DNA of 64,000 nucleotides, taken from an uncultured Gammaproteobacteria bacterium. GTDB taxonomy: Bacteria; Patescibacteriota; Patescibacteriia; Magasanikbacterales; UBA922. The notes beneath the pieces were generated by a model. That model had not been told where the DNA came from. It searched no databases and saw only the letters and a program-made list of their open reading frames with translations. Each line of letters starts with the position of its first letter. Position 1 is the stretch's first letter. Of this stretch, positions 49,717 to 59,700 are shown one piece after another. The stretch covers positions 476,223 through 540,222 of the forward strand of contig OZ246405.1 in assembly GCA_965231005.1 (NCBI GenBank), read 5' to 3'. The translations under genes and the position numbers were made by a program.

Positions 49717-49760
49717 GGGCTCATTAGGTTTAACACCCTAGTCGAGCCCTTTTATTTTTT
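49717..49760 (+). terminator. Hairpin plus T-run (long loop) after the YD-repeat gene
   Basis: GGGCTC...GAGCCC followed by TTTTATTTTTT. Confidence 0.4.
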
Positions 49761-49952
49761 CCTCTTGCCATTTAAAGCCTTTATAGCCTTTACGGCATTT
49801 ATGGCCTTTTTTATTTTTTCTTTATCTATTTCCCTTAGAATTGCTTATTTTTTTCACGGTCAAAAACCGACTTTTTATTTTCTTCATATCCATCTTGATA
49901 TCTTTGCTCTGTGGGGCGCGACTGCGTTCATCTATGTTTGGAGGAAATACAA

Positions 49953-49982
49953 GACAGGGTTTGGACCCTGTCTTTTTTTTCA
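49953..49982 (+). terminator. Rho-independent terminator
   Basis: GACAGGGT-ttgg-ACCCTGTC followed by TTTTTTTT. Confidence 0.7.
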
Positions 49983-49992
49983 ATAAAAAAAA

Positions 49993-50150
49993 TGGAACAC
50001 GGATTGAACGGATTAAATGGATACAGAAGGATCAAATCAGTGAAAATCCGTTCAATCTGTGTACTATCTAAATAGATCCTAGAAAACCCCTGATTCCAGG
50101 TTTCTGATTTCTGATCCCTACTTCCTCAATTTTTAGTTCTTTTTTTACCT
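49993..50150. repeat. Imperfect-palindrome intergenic repeat, copy C
   Basis: ggaacacggattgaacgg ... ccgttcaatctgtgtac arms. The tail ctatctaaatagatcctag...cagaaatcag is homologous to copy B and to the reverse complement of copy A. Confidence 0.55.
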
Positions 50151-50159
50151 CCATTTTTT

Positions 50160-50249
50160 GTTAATTGTTTCAGCCAGAGGCTGATCCGCCTTTGGCGGAA
50201 GTTGTTAGTTGTTTTTCCGCTAGGTTTCCACACAATCCTATGGTATAAT
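50160..50249 (+). promoter_or_regulatory. Second copy of the conserved 56-nt block plus extended -10 TGGTATAAT (50241-50249)
   Basis: gttaattgtttcagccagaggctgatccgcctttggcggaagttgttagttgttt matches 37421-37476. Confidence 0.5.
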
Positions 50250-50281
50250 ATACAGCATAATATACATGGAACTCTTGATAA

Positions 50282-53200
50282 ATGATTGAGTTCATAATTA
50301 CACAATTACACCGACTGAAACGGTTGATTTCTTGGTTTATCCCAAGGACAAAGAAGCAGTTCTTCATAACTGCATTTTTCGGTATTCTCAGCCTTGCTGT
50401 GTTTTTTGGTCTTGCCGACGGAGTAAGTGCACAAAATACTGCAGTTAATGTGGGTGCGCAAGGAGTAAACTGGATTATTCGTCTCATGTCAGAGATCTTG
50501 CTTTGGCTTGCAAGAATTTTTATTTCAATGACCGTCTTTGGTTTGAAATTGTTTATTGAAGTAGCAAAATATAATGGATATGTAGATGCTCCAATCGTTA
50601 TTATTGGGTGGACAATGGTTCGAGATATTGCAAACATGTTCTTTGTGGTTGTCATGCTCTTGATTGCCTTTGGAACGATTCTAGGACTTGAGCAATATGA
50701 ATGGAAAAAAACATTGGTCAATTTTATTCTTGCTGCCGTGTTTGTTAATTTCAGTAAATTGATTGCAGGATTAATTATTGATATTGCTCATGTCTTCACT
50801 ATTACATTTTTGAACGCAATTGTTGCAACAGCTGGTGGAAATTTGGTGAACATGTTGCACTTGGATCAGATCCTTCAAATTGTTGGAAATGATTTATCGT
50901 ATGGACAAGATATAGGGTGGGAAGTATTTGGTGGTGCTGTTATGGCCATGACTTTTGCTGGAATTGCCATGATGGCAATTGGTGGATACACGATTGTTAT
51001 GGTTATGCGGTTGGTCTTACTCTGGGTTGCAATTATTCTTTCTCCACTTGCATACATTTTTGCAGTTATTCCACAAACAAAATCATATGCAGACGAATGG
51101 TGGAGTGAATTTGGAAAACACGTGTTAGTTGCACCAGTCATTGTATTCTTTATGTGGCTGGCCTTTTCGGCTCTGGGGCAAGGAAATTTTGCCGGAGCCG
51201 ATCTCAACCTGTCGCTTGAAGGAGAAAAACAAGCAGCCGCTGCTGTTGGTATTCAAGACACTGGTGGTCCAACATCGGTAAGTATTAGTAAAGTTTCCAG
51301 TTGGGAAAACATGGCAAACTTTTTTATTGCAGTTGCCTTTTTGATTGTTGGTCTTGAACGAGTCCAAAAGATTGGTGCTCGTGGTTCTTCATTTGCAGGA
51401 GATGCAGTTGACTTTGGAAAGAAAGCAGCATTATACGGAAGTTTGGTTGGTGCAGGATTGTGGGCAAGTCGTGGTGCAAGAGATTTAGCTACCAAGGGGG
51501 CTGAAGGTGCTGCTGTTGGTACATTGAAACATTTACCTGTTGTTGGTGGAGAGAAAATCAAACGGTATGCAGCAACAGCTGGTCAGGGTATAAGAGGTCT
51601 GTACTATGGAAAAGGTATGGAAGTCACAGAAAAAGGTGAGGAAATTCGAGATGCATTGCAAAAAGATCATGAGACACTAGCAAACCTTAAAGACGGTGGA
51701 GCAGGTTTGAAAAAAGAAATTGCAACACTTGAAAAAGCAAGAGAAAGTGCAGAAGGTGATCAGGCAGCTGAAATTGAAAAGAAACTTGGTGAGAAAAAAT
51801 CTGAACTTGCACAAGTGGCAAGTATGGGAGAAGAACAAAAGCAAGCATTGCAAGAAAAAATTGCAACACAGGAAAAAGAACTTTCCAAAGAAATGGGTGG
51901 AGGATTTATTGGTTGGATGGCTCGAAAAAATATCCAATCACAAAAACGTCTTGGAAAAACAGAAAAGCAGGCAGACGTTCGTCGAGATCTTCTTTGGAAA
52001 CGAACAGGATCACAAGCTGGAGGATACTTTATTGGTCTTGGAAAAATTGGAGATCGTTACAAAGGTGTTGATGCGCAAGATCGTATTGAGCGTGGATGGT
52101 TGGCTGCTGAGTCTATGCGGTCAAAAGCAAAAGATGAAGAATTTGAAAATCTTGGTCGCGGACAGGTTCTTGCAAATGCACGGTATAAGTTTGACGTGAA
52201 TGGATCAAAATTCTTTGGGATGTTTGGAACTACTCCAAAGTATGAATTTTCCAAAGGAACCATGGCAGAACGTATTTCTGAGAGAAAAAATCGTGCAGAA
52301 CGAATTGATAGTACAATACGAAAAATAGAAGGGGAAGCACATCTAAGAATGAGTCTTGGAAAGGTAAAGTTGCAACGTCAGTATAAAGATATAGATGGAG
52401 GTGGAAAACGAGTTGTGAAGCCAGATGGTTCTGTCATGTATGAATTTACAGACGACGATACCATGCGTGCAAAAGCAGAAGCAAAAATGATTGCAGATAC
52501 TGTTAGCGCAGTGGAAGAGAGAGAAATTGAAGAGCATCTTATAGACATGTACCAAGATGGTGATTTGTTGGACAAAGGTGCACAAGATATTGAGCGTGGT
52601 CGATTTAGTGAAGATATGAAAGCTGCACTTGCAAGAGAAGATGAATTGGGCGAAGAGCTTAGTACTATTCAGGCAAGAGAAGTGACTGTAGAAGGTGTTG
52701 ATGGTCCTACTTCTGTAGCTAATTTAATTGAACTAGAAAAAACAGCACGAAAAGCACAAGTAGATGCACAAGTTGCTGCAAAAAATAAAAAGAGTGAACT
52801 TACAAAAAATGCTGCAGATAGACTCATTCAAAGAGATGCAGATTTGAAGGAAATTATAAAACAAGGAAATGATGACAAGAAAAAAAGAGCTGAAATTGAA
52901 AAGAAAGACAAACGAACAAAATCAGATAAAGCATGGTTGCAGACACCTGCTGCTGCTTCAAATCCAGATAGGGTGACTCAGATTGAAGATAAAGATAATA
53001 GAACAGAAGAAGAAATAGCTTGGCTTGCTGCTAACACGGTTCAGGAAATAGAAGATCGTATTACAGCAGCAAAGACCGAGCTCGAAGCTATTGATACAGA
53101 TGAAAAGAAAAAGGAGTTGATCAAAGCTGAAGTAGAAGCAGATAATGAACTTACTGCTTTAAATACAGATGTTACTGACAAGAAAGACGCTGCGCGTGAA

Positions 53201-55288
53201 CAATCAAGAATCAGACGTGCAGCAGAAGAAGTGCTTAAAGAGGAAACTGCAGGAGAGTATGACACAGCAAAGCAAAAATTAAAGAACCATGAAAAAGAAA
53301 TGAATGAATTGCGTGAAAAGTTAAAAGAACAAGGTGAAATGGTTCGACTAGGTGATACAAAGACCATTCAGGAAATTATTGATACACTTACAAGTTCTCT
53401 TACTGGAAAGTCAGAAGCAGCTCAAGTAGATATTCAAAAAGATATTAAAGCATGGCAAAAGTTGTTAAAAGGTGCAAGCTCTGGAAGTCTTGCATGGCGC
53501 TATGGTGCACAAAAAGGATTGCAAAAAGACAGAAAAGATGGATACACATATCAACACAATTATCTTTTGAGTGAAGCAGAGCAGCGTGTTGTGCATGATG
53601 AACGTGGACTTGATACACCAAAAAGTACACTTACAGAATTGATTGAACAATATACAAAGAGCTTTTCAGAAATGTCTATTGAAAGTTTTGTTGCAAATGC
53701 AGGAGACATGCTTGTGAAAATGCTTGACAAACAAGAAAAAGAGACATTGACCAGTCAAGACAAGGCAGTGATGATGGGATTGTTTAAACGTGGATTTGAC
53801 CGTGCATGGATTGATGATGCAATTTATGCTATTACTGGGAACAAAGAAGCGAATAGGTTGATTGGTGAAAAACTTGGTTGGGACGATGATGAATATGTTG
53901 ATGACAAGATTCGAGATATCCAAATGCTTTTGGCTAGTGGGGTGGATGTTGACTTTGTTCGTAACAATGGTGTTATTTCACAAATTAAAGATGTGGCAGA
54001 AATGGACTTTAAGTTGAATATGAAACAGATGGAAAAAGGATTGACAACAGGAAAATTTGTAGACAAAGCAGGAAAAGATATTACAAAAGCTATTCATGAT
54101 AAAGTTCTTTCATTTATGAAAGACAATGACATGAAATTCAATGTTGACCAGGAAATGATGTTTGCCGACTTTTTTTCTGGAGTAGAAGAGGCACAAACAA
54201 AGGCAAGGGAACGTATAGACAAACGCCTTGCAAATATGGGTGAATTAGGAAAAAGTGAAGAATTTATTGCTGAGGTAACAAAAAGGCATAATGCATGGAG
54301 CAGCCGCACAGATAATGCGAGTGCAGCAGCAGCAGTTCGAGAATCTACATATAAGGGTTGGATTCGAAAACATATGGAAAGCCAATCAGAAATGCAGTTC
54401 TTGGGTAACTTGCGTCCCGATGCACTAAAAGTTGGACATGCAGAAAATGCTGGGTGGGCACTCAGTAGTAAAATGGCAGATGGAAGTAATTTATATTTAG
54501 GAACAGGTATGCGTCGTGCACGTCGGCATGTGATGGGAGATGCGCTCAAGATGAGAGCAACAGACAGAACATCTTTCCAAACGCATAGTTATGCAAACTT
54601 AACAGAAAGTCAGTGGGGACAAATGATTACAAGTTTGCGTTTAGATGATTATCTTGCAATTCGTGGAAATACAACAGATCCAAATACATTTCGTAACACA
54701 AATGCGCGTGATCGGTTGCTTCGTGCTGGTTTGAGTAGTATTGATAAAGTAGATGATTATACAGACGAGAATAATACATTTGAGGTTGCCATGCTTCGAC
54801 ATAAAAAAGGTGCGAAAAAAGGACAACTAACAAATTTGGCCCAAAACTGGGCAGTAAAATATAAACAATGGACAGGAAATAATTTTGATGAACTTTCAGA
54901 CGACATGAAGCAAGCATTTATTGTGCAACAAACAATGCAAAAGAATTTTGGAAAGCAAATGAGTGGAAATATTAAAGATTTCTTAATGACACTTTCAGAA
55001 ATGGGTGGAGTAGACATGCTTGAAGCATTTCAACAAGGAAAAATGAATATACGAATGTACAATCCAGCAAAAGGAGAAATGGTAAAATACGACAATGTTC
55101 AAAAATTGATTGAACATTATAATAATGGTGATTTCCATGGCAAGGTAAACCATGAGACACAAGATTACGAAAAAGTTTCTGGACAAATTGCTGATCGTAT
55201 TTCCAAATTTATTCCGAAAAAAGCAGGAAAGGGCGGAGATGATGCATCTGATCGATTAGCAATGGGTCTAGATGATGATGCCGCATAA
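50282..55288 (+). CDS. Giant (1668 aa) polytopic membrane protein, VirB6/TrbL-like N-terminal domain plus about 1200-aa charged coiled-coil/globular extension
   Basis: Signal-like N-terminus, then 6 or more TM helices (for example MFFVVVMLLIAFGTILGL and VMVMRLVLLWVAIILSPLAYIFAVIP). A long E/K-rich region follows. The gene lies next to VirB3/VirB4-like genes. Confidence 0.5.
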   Translation: MIEFIITQLHRLKRLISWFIPRTKKQFFITAFFGILSLAVFFGLADGVSAQNTAVNVGAQGVNWIIRLMSEILLWLARIFISMTVFGLKLFIEVAKYNGYVDAPIVIIGWTMVRDIANMFFVVVMLLIAFGTILGLEQYEWKKTLVNFILAAVFVNFSKLIAGLIIDIAHVFTITFLNAIVATAGGNLVNMLHLDQILQIVGNDLSYGQDIGWEVFGGAVMAMTFAGIAMMAIGGYTIVMVMRLVLLWVAIILSPLAYIFAVIPQTKSYADEWWSEFGKHVLVAPVIVFFMWLAFSALGQGNFAGADLNLSLEGEKQAAAAVGIQDTGGPTSVSISKVSSWENMANFFIAVAFLIVGLERVQKIGARGSSFAGDAVDFGKKAALYGSLVGAGLWASRGARDLATKGAEGAAVGTLKHLPVVGGEKIKRYAATAGQGIRGLYYGKGMEVTEKGEEIRDALQKDHETLANLKDGGAGLKKEIATLEKARESAEGDQAAEIEKKLGEKKSELAQVASMGEEQKQALQEKIATQEKELSKEMGGGFIGWMARKNIQSQKRLGKTEKQADVRRDLLWKRTGSQAGGYFIGLGKIGDRYKGVDAQDRIERGWLAAESMRSKAKDEEFENLGRGQVLANARYKFDVNGSKFFGMFGTTPKYEFSKGTMAERISERKNRAERIDSTIRKIEGEAHLRMSLGKVKLQRQYKDIDGGGKRVVKPDGSVMYEFTDDDTMRAKAEAKMIADTVSAVEEREIEEHLIDMYQDGDLLDKGAQDIERGRFSEDMKAALAREDELGEELSTIQAREVTVEGVDGPTSVANLIELEKTARKAQVDAQVAAKNKKSELTKNAADRLIQRDADLKEIIKQGNDDKKKRAEIEKKDKRTKSDKAWLQTPAAASNPDRVTQIEDKDNRTEEEIAWLAANTVQEIEDRITAAKTELEAIDTDEKKKELIKAEVEADNELTALNTDVTDKKDAAREQSRIRRAAEEVLKEETAGEYDTAKQKLKNHEKEMNELREKLKEQGEMVRLGDTKTIQEIIDTLTSSLTGKSEAAQVDIQKDIKAWQKLLKGASSGSLAWRYGAQKGLQKDRKDGYTYQHNYLLSEAEQRVVHDERGLDTPKSTLTELIEQYTKSFSEMSIESFVANAGDMLVKMLDKQEKETLTSQDKAVMMGLFKRGFDRAWIDDAIYAITGNKEANRLIGEKLGWDDDEYVDDKIRDIQMLLASGVDVDFVRNNGVISQIKDVAEMDFKLNMKQMEKGLTTGKFVDKAGKDITKAIHDKVLSFMKDNDMKFNVDQEMMFADFFSGVEEAQTKARERIDKRLANMGELGKSEEFIAEVTKRHNAWSSRTDNASAAAAVRESTYKGWIRKHMESQSEMQFLGNLRPDALKVGHAENAGWALSSKMADGSNLYLGTGMRRARRHVMGDALKMRATDRTSFQTHSYANLTESQWGQMITSLRLDDYLAIRGNTTDPNTFRNTNARDRLLRAGLSSIDKVDDYTDENNTFEVAMLRHKKGAKKGQLTNLAQNWAVKYKQWTGNNFDELSDDMKQAFIVQQTMQKNFGKQMSGNIKDFLMTLSEMGGVDMLEAFQQGKMNIRMYNPAKGEMVKYDNVQKLIEHYNNGDFHGKVNHETQDYEKVSGQIADRISKFIPKKAGKGGDDASDRLAMGLDDDAA

Positions 55289-55466
55289 TTTATTATCTAA
55301 AATCTATTATTTATAATCTAATATATGGAATTGTTAATATCCTGCTCAGTATAATGATATTAAAAGGTTATATGGCTATATTGCTACTCTATCCTACGCA
55401 ACTAACAATTTAGCAATAAAGCAATATAACAATATATTAGATAGTAGATATTAAATATTAGTCAGT

Positions 55467-56642
55467 ATGATGGATCTTAGCGTAATGATAATACAATTAT
55501 ATGCAGAAAAAACTCCTGAAGAGATTGAGAAGTTGTTAGCATTGGTTGAAACAAAATCAACAGAATATTATGCACATACATGGCAAGATGTCACAGTTGA
55601 ACTCTTAGCAGATCAAGAAGTGCAATTAAATCTTATTAGAACTCTGTATCAGTCTTCTTTTTCTTATTCTGGTGTTGTAGATGAAATTCTTCGTTCGTTA
55701 GATGAATGGTCAGAACGAACATTAATTTTTGAACATCTTTCCTCAAATGATAATATTTTTTATCGAAGATTTTATACATTTTTAGGATTTTTGAATTTTG
55801 CAGATATTGAATTTAAGCGAAAAATGAGATTGCTTGATTCAGAATTGCTTGTACTGGCATGCCATTGGGATATTCCTATATATGTAAATGTTCAGTCACA
55901 CTTTGCAGAATTTGCACAAATAAATGCACTCAAAAAAGAAGCGCTTCTTTTTGCAAATGCTATTGCTGCAAATCAAACAGAGCTAGGTGAAGAAAGAAAA
56001 GAATTAAAAACAATTGCGCAGTGGGTAAAAGCATTTGACGAGCATGAAGGTGCTACGTTTGAAGAGCGAGTAGACACATTTTTATCTGAACAGTTTGAGG
56101 CAACACGTTTGTCAGAAGCAGACTCAAATATTTTAGGGAAAATTCTTTCATTGTACTGGAGTTTAAAAGGATCTTTTATTTGGCAAGAAATTGTTAACAG
56201 CCATACTGCTGGTTATGAGCAAGTAGAAAAGAAAAATGTTCGTTCGGTTGATGATCATTATATTCAGTTATTATACGAAGGAACAGAACAAGACATTGTG
56301 GAATGGTTGCAAGATTATGAAGAAACAGTTCATTGGATAGATCTAACTGGAAAGTCAGAAGCATTTGTAAAGAAAATCTTGTTTGTGCTATCAGAAAAAG
56401 TTGATTTACAAAATCAGCAGCAGGTAGAACTTGTTATTAAATTTATTAATAAGTTAAAAGAACGAGGACTCGAGCTTATTGATGAAGTACTGTACTTTGA
56501 TGAAGAAGATCATTCGTTCCACTGGGATGAAGAACTTATTTTTGCAGAGAGCGAGGAAGAAACCCCAGCTTCCTCTGAAGGTGCAGATGATAATAAGGAA
56601 TCAGATGAGTTAAAGAAACTAAAAGATTCATTCGCACAATAA
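55467..56642 (+). CDS. Acidic cytoplasmic hypothetical protein (391 aa)
   Basis: ORF only; no motifs recognised. Confidence 0.5.
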   Translation: MMDLSVMIIQLYAEKTPEEIEKLLALVETKSTEYYAHTWQDVTVELLADQEVQLNLIRTLYQSSFSYSGVVDEILRSLDEWSERTLIFEHLSSNDNIFYRRFYTFLGFLNFADIEFKRKMRLLDSELLVLACHWDIPIYVNVQSHFAEFAQINALKKEALLFANAIAANQTELGEERKELKTIAQWVKAFDEHEGATFEERVDTFLSEQFEATRLSEADSNILGKILSLYWSLKGSFIWQEIVNSHTAGYEQVEKKNVRSVDDHYIQLLYEGTEQDIVEWLQDYEETVHWIDLTGKSEAFVKKILFVLSEKVDLQNQQQVELVIKFINKLKERGLELIDEVLYFDEEDHSFHWDEELIFAESEEETPASSEGADDNKESDELKKLKDSFAQ

Positions 56643-56644
56643 TA

Positions 56645-56786
56645 ACTAACAATTAACAAAAAACAATTAACAAGTTTTCTTGGTTCTTTATGCGAATATA
56701 TCTCGTGTGAATTTTCAAAAGAACATTTAGACGCTCACCGCACCTAAATAGTTTGTTAATTGTTAATTGCTAGTTGTTAATTGCTA
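56645..56786. repeat. About 145-bp MITE-like element with TTGTTAATTG-type terminal inverted repeats, copy D
   Basis: Its reverse complement is about 90% identical to 62281-62421 over roughly 140 bp, as judged by manual alignment. Confidence 0.6.
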
Positions 56787-56790
56787 AGAT

Positions 56791-58314
56791 ATGGCAAAGA
56801 AAACTCCACAACAAAATGATCAGCCAAGTGCACAACGTCCACCATCTGGTGCGCCGGTTATTCGAATTAAAAAAGCAGACGGAAGTATTGCGACTGTTCC
56901 ATTGGATCAGTTTAAAAAACAATATACTGATTCTTCAAAACAGGCACCTACTACAAGTCCATCAGCCACTCCTGCCTCACCGGCAGGCAGGCCTTCTCCA
57001 TCGGCAGCTGAATCAACTCCACCGGCAGCTCCTGCCTACGCCAAGGTTTCGGCAGGTAAACCAGCCTCACCGGCAGGCAGGCCTGCAGTTGCTGTTCCAC
57101 CACCATTGCAACGGGTAAAAAATAAATTGAAACTTAATTTTTCATCTTCATCTAAAAAGAGTGTTGCTCCTACGCCTCCAGATGTTGAAAAAGAATCACC
57201 AAAAGAAATACCAACGCCAGAAAAAAAGGTTGTTCCTCCAGCTCCTATGCCTGCGAAAGAAAAGGTTTCAAAAGAGTTGCCAAAAAAGATTGAAACACCT
57301 CAAGCTGTTCCAGCACAAGAAGATGAATTTCTTTCTTTTGAAGGACAAGTTCCGCCTCCACCTCCTGTTCGCATGACAAAAGAAAAGGTAGAACGTTCTC
57401 CTACAGATATGCTTGCAGAAACAGCAACGCATGCACTATCTACAACAACTCCTGTTGCACATGCCTTTGTTGATGCTGCTGCAGCAAAAGCATGGGACAA
57501 AGAAGATCATAGTTCTCCTTTGGAAATGTCTATGCACGAGCACGAGGAAGTTCCAGATCATCTTCCAGCACTGCCTGAACAACACGACGAAGTATTAGAT
57601 GAAGTATTGCATTCTCTTTCTTTTCAGATTAGTGAAGAGCTTCATAGCCGTGTAAAATCACTTATTCAGTCGCGGTTAAAAGAAATTAGAACTGATGATC
57701 AGATAATTGCCTATGGAGTTAGACCTGCACAGCAGGGTGGTCTTGGATTAAAACAAGAAGAAGCAAAGATACTTCTCGATGCAATATTGAACGCATTGCA
57801 CCTTCCTCATCAGAAACGAAAAAAAGAAGAAAAAAGAAAACAGGTAAAATCATCTATACCTATTGCGCCACCGATACAAACATCTCAAAAAGCTCCAGTT
57901 GCAAATGTTGCACCACGTCCGCGTGCAGTTCCTTTGAAAAGTACAGGTAAACCAATGGTACATGATGTGCAACATCCAGAACCTGTTACTCATATGCAAA
58001 CAGTCGGACCCATTGATGAACTTCGTATGTTTTCATTAGAAGATTTACGACGTCTTGGGACTACTCCAGATGCGATGTATCAAAAATTATTAGAGAAATT
58101 TACTATTTTGCAAAAAGAATCATATTTACTGTATATCGATGCTGTACAAGCATGGTATCACAGTCCGTTGTATCGTTTGTATCAGTCGCTTTTGCAACAA
58201 GCAATTAACAATGAAAAACCAATGAAAGATATTATTCAGTCACAGGGAAAGGGAAGCATCACAATGGATGAATTTTTACATATTGCAGAACTAGGAAAAA
58301 ATATTAGTTATTAA
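56791..58314 (+). CDS. Pro/Ala/Ser-rich protein (507 aa) with globular C-terminal domain
   Basis: ASPAGRP tandem motif, PPPPP runs and a KRKKEEKRK stretch. Confidence 0.55.
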   Translation: MAKKTPQQNDQPSAQRPPSGAPVIRIKKADGSIATVPLDQFKKQYTDSSKQAPTTSPSATPASPAGRPSPSAAESTPPAAPAYAKVSAGKPASPAGRPAVAVPPPLQRVKNKLKLNFSSSSKKSVAPTPPDVEKESPKEIPTPEKKVVPPAPMPAKEKVSKELPKKIETPQAVPAQEDEFLSFEGQVPPPPPVRMTKEKVERSPTDMLAETATHALSTTTPVAHAFVDAAAAKAWDKEDHSSPLEMSMHEHEEVPDHLPALPEQHDEVLDEVLHSLSFQISEELHSRVKSLIQSRLKEIRTDDQIIAYGVRPAQQGGLGLKQEEAKILLDAILNALHLPHQKRKKEEKRKQVKSSIPIAPPIQTSQKAPVANVAPRPRAVPLKSTGKPMVHDVQHPEPVTHMQTVGPIDELRMFSLEDLRRLGTTPDAMYQKLLEKFTILQKESYLLYIDAVQAWYHSPLYRLYQSLLQQAINNEKPMKDIIQSQGKGSITMDEFLHIAELGKNISY

Positions 58315-58447
58315 CTATTAGTTACTAGTTAATAGACAAGAAAAGAATTTTATTGTAAATCATGTCAAAGCAAGTGGAATCATATTGGTAGTAAATATTG
58401 ATGGATTCTAATAGCTAATAACTAGTAACTACTAACTAGTAAAAGGT

Positions 58448-58918
58448 ATGCAACAATTTGTTGTTCCACAATTTATTGATGTTGAAGATAAAATTTTTGG
58501 TCCAATTACCACAAGACAATTTTTAATTTTGCTCGTTGGGAGTTTAATTATTTTTGTTGGATACAGACTTGCAGATTTTACATTATTTATTTTTATTGTG
58601 GCTATTATTGGGGGTCTTTCACTAATATTTGCGTTTGTAAAAATAAATGGACAAGATTTTCATTATTTTTTGTTAAATATTTTTCAGACAATGCGGCGTC
58701 CTGGACTTCGAGTATGGAGAAAAGCATATACAAAAGACGAATTAAATTTTTTGCGCAAACGTGACATGGAAATAGAGGTAGTCGAGGTACAAACAAGAAA
58801 GAAAGCAAAGCAATCACATATTCGAGATCTTTCATTAATTGTAAACACTGGTGGATATTATCGACCACTCGATGGAATTACACCCCAAGAAAAAACAACA
58901 CTCCCTCCACTTCATTAG
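58448..58918 (+). CDS. PrgI/VirB3-like small membrane protein
   Basis: The N-terminus FIDVEDKIFGPITTRQFLILLVGSLIIF followed by a second TM helix resembles the PrgI/TcpE family. It sits immediately upstream of VirB4. Confidence 0.5.
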   Translation: MQQFVVPQFIDVEDKIFGPITTRQFLILLVGSLIIFVGYRLADFTLFIFIVAIIGGLSLIFAFVKINGQDFHYFLLNIFQTMRRPGLRVWRKAYTKDELNFLRKRDMEIEVVEVQTRKKAKQSHIRDLSLIVNTGGYYRPLDGITPQEKTTLPPLH

Positions 58919-58976
58919 TTTGGGAGTTGTGTTCATGGTATAATGAATTAACAAAAGATTAATATCTGTTCTGATT

Positions 58977-59687
58977 ATGGCAAAGGAAAAGAAACAAAAA
59001 AAAGGACAAACAAAAAAGAAAAAGAAAAAACCAAGTCGTCCATCTACACAGACATATTTGCCGATTGCAGAAATTCGAGACGGTGTTTTAGTGTTGAAAG
59101 ATGGAACACTCCGAAAAGTAATGCTTACATCGAGTATTAATTTTGCCCTAAAGTCTGAAGATGAACAAAACGCACTTATTTCTTCGTATGTTGGCTTTTT
59201 AAATTCCTTAGATTTTCCATTGCAGATTGTTATTCAGTCTCGCAAATTACAGACGCGACCGTATTTAGACAAATTGGTTGCTGCAGAAAAAGAGCAACAA
59301 AATGAGTTGCTTCGAGTGCAGATTGCAGATTACAGGGCATTTATTGAAGAACTCGTTGAGATTGGTCAAATTATGACAAAGCGTTTTTATGTTGTTGTAT
59401 CATATGATCCTGCATCAAATAAGAAAAAAGGATTTTTTACACGCATGAAAGAAGTTATAAAACCAGCATCTGCCATTCGTTTAAAACAATCACGATTTAA
59501 TCAACGAAAAGAAGATTTGGATTTACGCGTCCGACAAGTTTCTGGTGGATTGCAAAGTATTGGTTTGCAAGTTGTTGAACTAGACACACAAGCATTGATT
59601 GAATTATTTTATTCAACCTATAATCCAGATATTTCTTTTGATCAGGGATTAGGAAAAATAGAAGATCTCAGAGTTGAGAATCTCTAA
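58977..59687 (+). CDS. VirB4/TraC N-terminal domain encoded as a separate ORF
   Basis: LPIAEIRDGVLVLKDGTLRKVMLTSSINFALKSEDEQNALISSYVGFLNSL is the typical VirB4 N-domain. A stop falls at 59685-59687, and the next ORF begins 13 nt later in the +1 frame. Confidence 0.6.
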   Translation: MAKEKKQKKGQTKKKKKKPSRPSTQTYLPIAEIRDGVLVLKDGTLRKVMLTSSINFALKSEDEQNALISSYVGFLNSLDFPLQIVIQSRKLQTRPYLDKLVAAEKEQQNELLRVQIADYRAFIEELVEIGQIMTKRFYVVVSYDPASNKKKGFFTRMKEVIKPASAIRLKQSRFNQRKEDLDLRVRQVSGGLQSIGLQVVELDTQALIELFYSTYNPDISFDQGLGKIEDLRVENL

Positions 59688-59700
59688 TATTACGTAGTGT

